In this document: positions 11,875 to 21,470 of the stretch, one piece after another
Layout of the letters: each line of letters begins with the position of its first letter
How positions within the stretch are numbered: position 1 is the stretch's first letter
DNA from: Dimargaris cristalligena
Lineage: Eukaryota
NCBI GenBank assembly: GCA_003614675.1
Contig: ML002353.1
Location: 1 to 39,318 of the forward strand
Direction of reading: 5' to 3'
DNA: 39,318 nt
Notes under the pieces: generated by a model
What the model saw: only the letters and a program-made list of their open reading frames with translations
What the model was told of the DNA's origin: nothing
Database searches by the model: none
Made by a program: the position numbers and the translations under genes

Positions 11875-12703
11875 TCATAAGAAACCAGAGCCATCTAATT
11901 CCTGATTTAGGTTCTGGCTCTCAGGCAGGGGTGGTTTAGAGACCTGCCCGCGGGGATGGTTCTGGGACAGGTAGCTGAGGACCCTCAGGCCAACGGAGTG
12001 GGGCGGACGGAAAAATGGCCTGAAGGGAGCAGGCATGGTTTGGGTGGGGCTCCCCGGGCAGCTGGGCAGACCCGATGGGCTAGGCGTGGACTGGGGCGAG
12101 GTCAGGATCTTGTTGAGGGGTTCTGGCGGCGGGGTAGTCAGGCGGGTTTCTTGTAAAAGCATATTGAGGCCCACCTGGGGGGATTGGGAGCCTAGGCTAT
12201 CGGTGCGCGACGCAGTGATAGATCGCAGCCCACTTAGTAACGGGAAGTTGGAAGAGCCCGTTTCAGGCACCTCGAGGAAGTGAAACAAAAGGGAAAGATG
12301 ATATACATTTTTTGAAGGTTATCATACTGCTGAAATAGGGACCACATAAGGCACGTGGGGGGGGGGTGATATAGCAATGCCCCTCGGGCAGGAAAGGGAC
12401 GGGGGAAGCGATATAATAACAAATATGAAATGTGCCTACCTCGACAGGGGGGCCATTTATAAGCGAAAGTGGGGGGAGGAAGGACGTATCCGAGGAGTTG
12501 GACCGCATAGCGTGCAGTTCCAGTAGGCCCTCGATGGTGGCCTGGGCCTCATCGAGCAAATGGCGGTAGTTAACGACATCTTCCTGTAAAGCAGAATCGA
12601 TATCGGCCCGGCTCTGCTGCAATTCAATGACCTCGTCCCTCAGGATATCGAGATTGGTGCGGGCCTATGGTATATATAGCGGAGAGACAGGGCAGTTGAG
12701 GAT

Positions 12704-12740
<37 letters not shown>

Positions 12741-13756
12741 TGGGATTGGGGTTAGAATAACGTAAAAGCGGGTAGGATTCGATTCGTTAGGGGGGACAGC
12801 GACTAAGCAGTGGGATAGACGGCAATTTACCATATTCAGGCTCTCTTGGAGCGAACGGATGGTGTGGGAAAAGATATTGCCTTGGTTAGAGCTCTTATCG
12901 TGGAGATGACCAAGTTGGGTTCGAGTATCAGCGATATTGACGCGCTCCCGCTCGAGGGTTTCCTCAACCAGATCTGCAGCAAGTGAGGGGGAATATATAT
13001 ATATATATATTATAATAATGGAGAGAGTTAGCTGGGGCCGTGCAATAGGATGCCAACAAGTAAGGCCAGGTTGGAAAAGGGGATGTATATGGATAATAAA
13101 AGGGCGGCTTACGCAGTTTTTGTAGGGCCTTGAGACTGCTATGGGTAGTTTTGCCGTGGGACTCCTGAATCTCGGTAAAGTGGGTAGAAAGCGAGCGCAT
13201 TTCTTCCCGGAGGGTCTTGTTCTCGTCACGCAGGTCACGGATAATGCGCTCGAAATTATGGTTAAGACTGCCCTGGCTCTGGAGGGAATCTTCTAGTAGC
13301 TGGAGGCGAATCGTTACATCGTCAATTTGGTAGGATTTGTCGAGAAACGACCGCCGGTCGTGCTCGGCTTTGCTCAACTAAAGGGTTAGAGTTGAGGATA
13401 ATTGATGGCGGGATACAATTGGGGTTAGTGGCAGGGGCAGGGTCCACAGACTGCGTGACTGGGGTCACCAGGTCGAGAGAGACAGAGAGAGAGAGTGTGT
13501 GTGTGTGTGTGTGGTTCGGAATGAAGGGGTCAGGGAGAGGCTTGGGCCCTCGGATAATTACCCTGTCGACAAGCTCCTGTTCGAATTGGGAGGTTTGGTC
13601 CAAACGGGTTTGAAGTGCGTGGTTCTGTTCGGCCAGACTAAGCCCGATCTGTGCGGCCATTTCGAGTTCCCGCTCTTTGTTAGTCAGGGCCTCGCGTAAT
13701 TCGACGGCCTCGTCGAACCCGGCAGGCGATCGTGTCGAGGGATGCTCCATGGTCAT
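11875..13756 (-). CDS. Coiled-coil protein with N-terminal CC1 box (HAP1_N / TRAK / BICD-like), ~407 aa, 5 exons
   Basis: Exons 13756-13562, 13377-13113, 12973-12831, 12664-12440, 12270-11875 (last acceptor is GAG after a strong pyrimidine tract). LTNKERELEMAAQIGLSLAEQNHAL, ~230 aa of heptads ending NYRHLLDEAQATIEGL, then a Pro/Ser-rich tail. Confidence 0.8.
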
Positions 13757-14849
13757 TGCGATAAGTCCACTTGTGTGGAGAGGGGGCTGGATGGCAAGGC
13801 AAGGTAAATCAAAGCGAGGGAGGAAGGAAGAAACAATAGAGGCGGATGGAGTATGGCTAGAGAGTGGAAAAGGTTGACTGGACTCGGAGAGCGTAGGGAA
13901 TACACAACAGCAGCCTTGAATGCCCCAGAATATGACAAGGGTTAGAGAGATTGAGAAGGAAGGCAGGGTTCAGAACACCTCCCAAGGCCCAGAGCGGAGT
14001 TTGTTGTTTGTATTTAGAGGAGGTGGGCGGGGCCTGAAAAGTTGGTATTATCATTACTTCTCTCTCTAACCCTCTCTCTCCCTCCCTGCTGCAGGCCAAT
14101 AGGTCCTCCTCCTCCTTATAAGCCCCCTTGACGACGGGACCAATGGACATCGAAGGCGACGCAGTACAGGGCGACTCCGCACTGAGAGAGCCCCGTAAGG
14201 TAAACAACATGGCACTTTTACCCGCACCGTTCCCATCCTCCGCCACCATAATGTAGGGTGCTTTTCCACTAAAACCACCACAGTGGACGACCCCCCTTTA
14301 CGGCTGGTGCGTGATGGAATATGGTCTTGACCCGCGCAGTGGATACCCTCTCTGCGACGAACCGGTGACATGATCCCACCACCATCGACTTGCATAACGG
14401 TAAGGCCAACACAAATAGGGGGGCAGGCTTGCTTCGAAAACCAGGGGATGTGATTCTGGGATGGCCTGGAATTTCTATTCCATCGGGTCCTTGTGAATTT
14501 ACGGGTGCCGGTTGTTGGCCCATTCATGCAACTGTTGATATCTCACCATAAAGGAGAGTCGCGGCGACTGTTCAGGGATGGCGGACAGAGACCGCTGCGG
14601 GTATTATGCAGAAACCCACGTTGAATCCACACAGTCGACCTGGCTATGTACAAAAACAAGAAGGGAAGGAATGGAGGAAATGTCTCCTTCGGGCTGAGGG
14701 AGTCCTTTCCTTGGTAATAGATCCCCAGCCTCCGTTTTTCCGCCCCTTCGCAGTGCGCCAGGTTTATCCCTCCCTAATGGCCAATTCGGATAGGAACATT
14801 GGAAACAAATCGGCGATGGCGCCCCCCTACCGTATTATCAAAATATCAA

Positions 14850-14853
<4 letters not shown>

Positions 14854-14881
<28 letters not shown>
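14854..14881. repeat. (AT)n microsatellite
   Basis: About 14 AT units. Confidence 0.9.
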
Positions 14882-14884
<3 letters not shown>

Positions 14885-15498
14885 AACAGCCAAAGCAGCA
14901 GCAGAATGTGGCGGGAAAACATTAGGGATGGCTCAGCGGTGATTATGATCAGGTTGGCTCTAGCCACGAGTACGTCTGGGTTAGCCCCCCCCTCCCTCCC
15001 ATGTGGGCGTTCCTAGTCCCTCATCGACAACCTAGTAGTCCCAAGAGGCATCGATGCCACTACCCGATGAAGTCGATTACACGCAAGGCGGAGGTCTCCT
15101 ACCTACTCGCCTTGAAACCCATTATTGGCTGCAGGGGGTTGGGCGACGGCGGTAGCTCTTGTGGCCGTTCAGGAATTTCAAGGGGTACCGCGACCACTTT
15201 CATCTAAAAATATAGCACATCATTTACTCTTGGTCCGCACTAATATTTAGCGCACCATGTCCACACTGGCGGACGGGGAGGTCAATGGAATGGCAGACTA
15301 TATATATATCTGTAAATGTGTATGTATGTATGTATGTATTTTACCTTAGCGCGGACGGTCAAAAAGGGCAATGGACGAGCTAGCTCCCCCTCTCCGTCTT
15401 ACACTGGTATAGGACGATGCGTTGATAAATAATAAATCGGCTGAGGCTGTGATTATTGCCAGTCACACCCATCCAGATGCATCATAATCACTCCCTCC

Positions 15499-15520
15499 CA
15501 CACACACACACACACACACA
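15499..15520. repeat. (CA)n microsatellite
   Basis: 11 CA units. Confidence 0.9.
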
Positions 15521-16096
15521 TGACCAGAAGTCGGCTTAATACCCAGGTAGTATAGTAGTATTATTATTATTTAAACCTCAACTAGATGATTACTTCTCCT
15601 TTCCACCACTTTACTCCACGGCCCCAGCTATTAATCAGTCTCCGCAACGGTGATCCTATCCTATCCGATTGTATTCTATCTATTATATCCCATCCTCACA
15701 TTTCACGGCCAGGCCTACGCAACGGGAAATCTGATTGGCCACAGTCCTTGGACACAGGACAAACTCTGCCCAATAATAATGCTCCATAGAAAGAGGGCTC
15801 TTAATGTGGAAAATCACCCCCCAACATAGAAGACATAGATATTGAGAGGCAACTTCCCCTTTTCTTTCACCTTCTATTTCGGGTCCCAGTCAGCATGCCG
15901 CGTCCCGGACTTAAGCCTAATTACTATTCTATACAATCTGCCTCATCAACACTACAGGCCATTGTTGGGTGACTTTACTTACCGGAAACAAAGAAAGATG
16001 TGTGTTAACGGGATGGGTGGAGCAACCAACACCCCCCAGTTATTATTGGGTCTTGGACCAGTTAGTTCATCTACCGTATCTATTGATGATTCAGTC

Positions 16097-16100
<4 letters not shown>

Positions 16101-16134
<34 letters not shown>
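16101..16134. repeat. (TA)n microsatellite
   Basis: 17 TA units. Confidence 0.9.
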
Positions 16135-16138
<4 letters not shown>

Positions 16139-16964
16139 GGGGTGGGGCATTGTTATCCATCGCCATCTTCTTCTATTAACTAGTTACTCCGACATTCAAC
16201 AGCTTAGGGGTGAAACGATCCCCTAACTTGTCAGTACCGGGGCGGGGGGCATCGTCCCCCAGCTAATAGGCCATCGGCCGCTGGGCTATTCCACTGACCC
16301 ACCACCACCGCTGCACCCGTCCTGCCGGTTTCCCACTGTGGAAGCTTTCCCCTTTGTCCACCACCAAGGTCGAGTGGGCCAGCTCAACTACCCTAGCCCT
16401 CCAAGTCAGCTGGGGAATAAAAGGGCCGCCAGCCCTCGCTATAATGAGAGTAGAGCAGGGCAGTCTCTCCAAGCCAACTGTATCGGCTAAGCCAGCGGTA
16501 GCACACAAGTCACCTGGACAGGTGTCTCCTTCTAATGAAAAGGATGTTCCATGGTTGATCGTTCGGGTGAGGCGGATGAGGAAGGTACTCTCTCTCCCTC
16601 CCATCATCCCTCTCCGGTCAGTCACATGGCCATCCGAGGGAAAGCCGCCAAAAAAATAGGAGAAAAATAATAATATTGATGGATCATTATTCAACCGCAG
16701 GTGTGAGATGGTCGGCGCGAATGTTGGTGGGTAGCCGTTGCATCGTTTCTTTTATACATACCGCCACATTTTCCGGCTGCATTGGGAAGGTAGGTCAGGC
16801 GCAAAGGATTCAGGAGGTTTCTCTTCCCTTCACTGCATTACTAAGTCCTAGGTACTCCTACCACACTACATCCTAAACCAAACTTCAGACTGGGCTGGGC
16901 TGGACTGGACCTGTTCCATCGAAATAATTCGCCCAGTTGCTATGCCGGCTTAACTATCTCTGGA

Positions 16965-17385
16965 TGATAAAGCACCGATGCGTCACAGCGTAACCGAAGC
17001 AAAGATAAAGCAGGAATGGTGGGCCGGTTGAATGCATCATGGGTCCCTAGGTTCGACGGTAGATACCGGCGGCAGTAAGCGGCGTATACGTACTTCCTTT
17101 TACATGGCGATTAGATGATTATAACAAGATAAAGCAGCAAAGGATTGGCCAGCTGCCATCATCACGTTCGACAAGTCCCAAGGAAAATGGCCTAAAAAAG
17201 GAACAGCGGATTTGTCACCCCGTTAGAGCCAATCACTGTTCCGTACTGTACGCATATACTCTCTCTCTCTCTCTCTCTCTCTCCTACTAGCTAGCTGCAA
17301 ATGCATATATCATCCACCGTGATTAAATGCCCCCCCCCCTACCACTGCATATACGCTCTCCCCCCCCTAACCCATTCATAAATAG
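16965..17385 (+). promoter_or_regulatory. Putative promoter of the cyclin-like gene: 3x GATAAAGCA, CCAAT boxes, (CT)n tract, TATA-like CATAAATA
   Basis: GATAAAGCA near 16966, 17004 and 17128; GATTGG near 17142 and CCAATCA near 17229; (CT)n 17259-17283; CATAAATA near 17377, followed by a pyrimidine-rich ATG-free stretch. Confidence 0.4.
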
Positions 17386-17931
17386 ACCCTCCCGCCCCGC
17401 CACAGCCTGGTTGTCCATATCCTCCTCCCTCATCTTCTCTCTTTCTAAGTGGTAGTTCCTGGATCCGTGTCAACCCCGAATTTGCCCTTTATCCGTCCCT
17501 GGCTGCCGCTGTGACTTTCGCCTGGTTTGTTTCAGAACCACGCGCTGTTTCAGCCTATCCCCCCTCCCGTAACTGCTTTCTCCGCCACTTTGCTGGGTTC
17601 CTGTCTCAACCCGCCCGCCCAACGCCTTCGTTCCACCCAACCCTACAGTCTTTGGAAGACCGTCCCAGTAGTCTACGGCTCTTTCTCTATAATATCCACT
17701 TACATACATAGCTATATATATTCTCGTATCTATCACTTGTTTATCTTGGGCTCCTCTGACTGGCCTTTCCCTTACTCGCTTGTTCCACTACTTCCGTGTT
17801 TTGCCGCTTATTGGTGCTTTTCCCCACTTCAACCCTGTCCGTATCCCCCCCAGCTGCTGCCTTTTTGGCAGGAACTCTGCCAGCGCCAGCCCGTTTTCCG
17901 CTGCCCTTTGTCTCCACTCCCAGTTTGTCCG

Positions 17932-19084
17932 GTAAGTGTTACTTAGCTATGCCTCCCCTTCCTCCGTTAAGGGGGGGACGTTGTGCCGTATTTTCGGTCC
18001 CTCCCCCACCTCCTATCACCAATTGCCTCTTCATTCAGTATGGCTCACGCGTAGTTGGACTGTCCCCAACGAGGTGTTTGGGCCCCTGAGCTGGTGGTGG
18101 GTGTGTCCCTCCTTTCTCCGTCTCTCTATTTTGGCCGCCTTAGCATTAGCATTATTATTATTATTTTTTCGCTACCGACCCTTATGCCAGCTGTGCCAAG
18201 GGGTCGATCGTGTGATTATCTTCTCCTTCTCTCCGCCCGGCTGTTCTGTTATCCTGTTTCTCTCACTCTAATTGCCACGCAACTGGACTCTCCCTGAATT
18301 GTAGGTGGTTTTGGGGAAAGGGCAGTTTGAGAGCCTTCCAATGTCTTTGTAGCATATATATGTATATAAATGGCCTCCATGACTAATTCTGAATTCCCTT
18401 ATCTGTCTGCTGGTAATCCCCTCGACTTGTGCCCCTCCCAGCGGCTCCGGTGCTTCTCCGGCCGGACTTATACGATTCTCGGTTGTTTAAATAACCGCCT
18501 GTAAACTATTAATAGTGCCCTGTGCGGCTTCTCACCTCACTCTCCGCATCTGACCAACCAGCGCTACGCCTAGGGTTCATACCCGAATTCCATTGTCACA
18601 CCCCACGTGTCCATCCCGTCCGACCCCTGCTGAGCCTCATCCGCCCAATTTCATATGCTCACACACCGTCGCTCCTCCACTTTTTGGCATCCAGTTTCCA
18701 TTCCTCCTCCCATTTGGCCTTGCCATACTAACCCTCGTCGTTCCTTTTTAAACCCTTAAATGTGCCTCCACTGCTCTCTTCAGTCTCCTCCCTCCAATTA
18801 CTCATCCACCGAACTATCTGACTTGATTTAAGCACTTATCTTTCCTCTCTCTCCCTCTATATATCTATCATATTTTCACACGTTTATACCCCCCCCCGGG
18901 CCTGACTGTTGCCCATTTGGGTCATTCCTGTAATTGTTTACGCCTCTTTCCATCCGACCGGTTATTCCCGAACCGCTTTTTTTTTATAAAAAAATATATA
19001 ATAGAATCCATATATATATTTATATTCTCATTCCCACCCTCTCATTCGTGTTATTGCGTACTCCTCATTAACTTGTTTATCCAG
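17932..19084 (+). other. Putative 5'-UTR intron of the cyclin-like gene
   Basis: G|GTAAGT donor at 17932; ATTAAC branch-like site near 19067 and TTGTTTATCCAG acceptor ending 19084, 2 nt before the ATG at 19087. Confidence 0.5.
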
Positions 19085-19086
19085 CC

Positions 19087-19728
19087 ATGAATTCCTCATC
19101 ACTCGGTGTCCGAGAGTCTCCCCTCTCTTCCTTTACCCCCGATTCCAAGTCCCAGCACTTTGACTCCACGATGTTTCCCCCCTGCGACTACATCGTCTCG
19201 GTCCAACTTAATCAACATATCACTGAATCATTGACCACCGTCTACCTAGTCCCGGACTGCGATCAAATCTGGCACACCACCCGTCCTCGGTCCATTCTGG
19301 AGCAACTGCATGACATTCACAATGCCCTTAAAATTAAGCTGTCGCTGGTCTACTTCGCCGTCAAACTGGTGGAGCGCTCGGCCCAGCGGCTACAGCACGA
19401 CCATGCGAATGGACGCCACGAATTCGCCAATGGTTCTCGGATACCCGGGACCCTTGACGATATGATCCATTTCTACTTGGCCTGCCTGGTCATCAGCACC
19501 GAGGGAATCTTCCTGGACCGCAAGTCCAAAAAGAAGGGCGAACCCGTCGTCGTGCCGGACAACCCCATCCTCGCTCGCGTCAACGCCCTCATCGTCCAGT
19601 TCTACAGCCCCGAGCGAGTCCAAGAAAAAACCCAACTGATTCACAAGCTCCTGGGAAGCCGGGTCAATGTGACCTGCCGAAGTATTAATCGCTGGATGAG
19701 GCAAAACCGGGGATTGTGCCTCTCCTAA
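19087..19728 (+). CDS. Divergent cyclin-fold protein resembling Pho85 cyclins (Pcl/Pho80 family), 213 aa, no intron in the CDS
   Basis: GCCATG context and coding-like GC3. The pattern LVYFAVKLVER...FYLACLVISTE..LD...NPILARV..FYSPERVQEKTQLIHKLLGSRVNVT..I..W follows the helix spacing of the Pcl cyclin box. The CDS is well supported; the family call is tentative. Confidence 0.65.
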   Translation: MNSSSLGVRESPLSSFTPDSKSQHFDSTMFPPCDYIVSVQLNQHITESLTTVYLVPDCDQIWHTTRPRSILEQLHDIHNALKIKLSLVYFAVKLVERSAQRLQHDHANGRHEFANGSRIPGTLDDMIHFYLACLVISTEGIFLDRKSKKKGEPVVVPDNPILARVNALIVQFYSPERVQEKTQLIHKLLGSRVNVTCRSINRWMRQNRGLCLS

Positions 19729-20065
19729 ATGCCCCGGCCTTCACTATCGAGCCCCCCAAAAGAAAACCTGACCTGTGATAGTATATCGAATGGGACTCCT
19801 CACTCCCCCGCCCATATCTGTTCTTTTTTATAATACCTATCCTCATTTCTCACCCACCACCTCTAATGCCATTCCCCTGTACCGTGCCAGTGTATTATAC
19901 ATGTTCTCCTCCCCCCTATTCGATCTTGTCCCGTTTGACCTTATATTTTTATTCTGTAATACCTTCCAGGTCACCTTTATCGCTCCTATTCTACAATGGA
20001 TCTAATTCAATAACTTCATTAAAAGATTAGCAATCCCCTCGTCCACCTCGCTCTGACTAGAGAAG

Positions 20066-21395
20066 CTAATTTGGCTGTTTGGGAGGAAAACCAAGTTTCG
20101 GAACCACTCCTTTGGCACGTGGTAGTCCTCGAGCCGAAATTCTTAACCTGGCAAAATGGGCTGGAGTTGGTTGGTTAAGATCACCATCTACAATTTTTGC
20201 TATTCCGGCCCTACTTTTTAGTGGTGCCCAATATAGGCAGGTGCGCCTTGGGACGTTCACATGGTCTGCTGTACTGGTCCAATGACTTGGTTTGTAATGC
20301 ACATGAGCCGCAGCGCTTCCGCCACCCTCCAATTTTCACAGCTGGCTTCCAGTCCCTCTAGACTAGGATTTGATTTGATCACGTCATGGATTAGTTATTG
20401 GCCATCTCCGACACCATAGGCGTATATATTCTTACTAATGGGTGTGGTGATTTTCGTCCGGCTGATACTTTTTGACTAATCTGCGTGGTCTCCGCTAGCC
20501 TTACGGAAAAGGCCAATGCTTCATTTTGGTCAGTCGGAATCGCCACACGTGTTATTGTCCCAAACTTTTTGATTGTAATGGCGGGAATGGAAAGGAAGCT
20601 CAGCGCGGGTATATATGTAATCCAAACAATCAGCGGTACCTAACGGAGCTCTTCCGGGCATGATAGTAGTATGGGCCCGGTATTTACATTGTCCCCAGAT
20701 CGGGGCATTTGCTCCAATAGACCAGCTGGGCTGGTCGAGGTCCAGCCCCGCTCGGCATCCGAAGATACTTCGTAACGCCAAGCTGGGATTTGGAAAACAA
20801 AACCCATGGATAGGTCCCCGTAGTAAATTCCCAGGTGGTTGGCCTATTAATATCGCTCCCAAGGTCCGATCCTTCTTTTAATTTCCTCGCATTTTTGGAT
20901 AAGATGGTCAGCGCACCCTGTGTATCGCATTGGTCGCATATCACGTCTAATCAGAGAGCCCGGGGCTTGGCTAATGGGTATATATTAAACCCAATATTTA
21001 CTTGAAAATAAATAAGGCAAATGACTTGGCGTCCCTGGAAGACCATTTTCGCAAGCAAGGGCCGCTTGTGCCCCCAGGGAAGTTACAGAGTGCCGAATAA
21101 ACTGCTCCCAATATCCAATCCACCATTCCCACTTGGTGGAATGAGGAAAGATATGGTCTCCCCACTTCTCAGACACACTGCATCGTACTCAACTCCACCA
21201 AGTTAGTTTATTCCAAATAGGTCGTGTTTGCCCCTGAATACCATTTTTACCATTATCTATCAGTCCAAAAACAAGCCCCGCTACGGGAATCTTAATATTT
21301 GAGAAACGCTTGCTGACTATATGGCCCCTTCGGCCAGCTTCTGTCATTATTATGCTAACCTTCGGCCGCTTATTCGATCCAGTTATTCGTAACAT
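20066..21395 (-). CDS. Possible cryptic multi-exon gene (~165 aa), unknown function
   Basis: Phase-compatible GT-AG chain 21395-21360, 21064-21002, 20843-20688, 20494-20436, 20362-20261, 20147-20066. First and last exons are uncertain; no family recognised. Confidence 0.3.
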
Positions 21396-21470
21396 TAGAT
21401 TCCGAGGCGCAGTCGGTGCCTCGGCTATTGCATTCCTTCTTGTTCCCTTTTCTTACCCATCGACACACCA

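Noticed and set aside
13857-16876. Many 60-150 aa ORFs in the long intergenic region
   Set aside because: Mutually overlapping on both strands, run through microsatellites, no motifs or splice-consistent structure.
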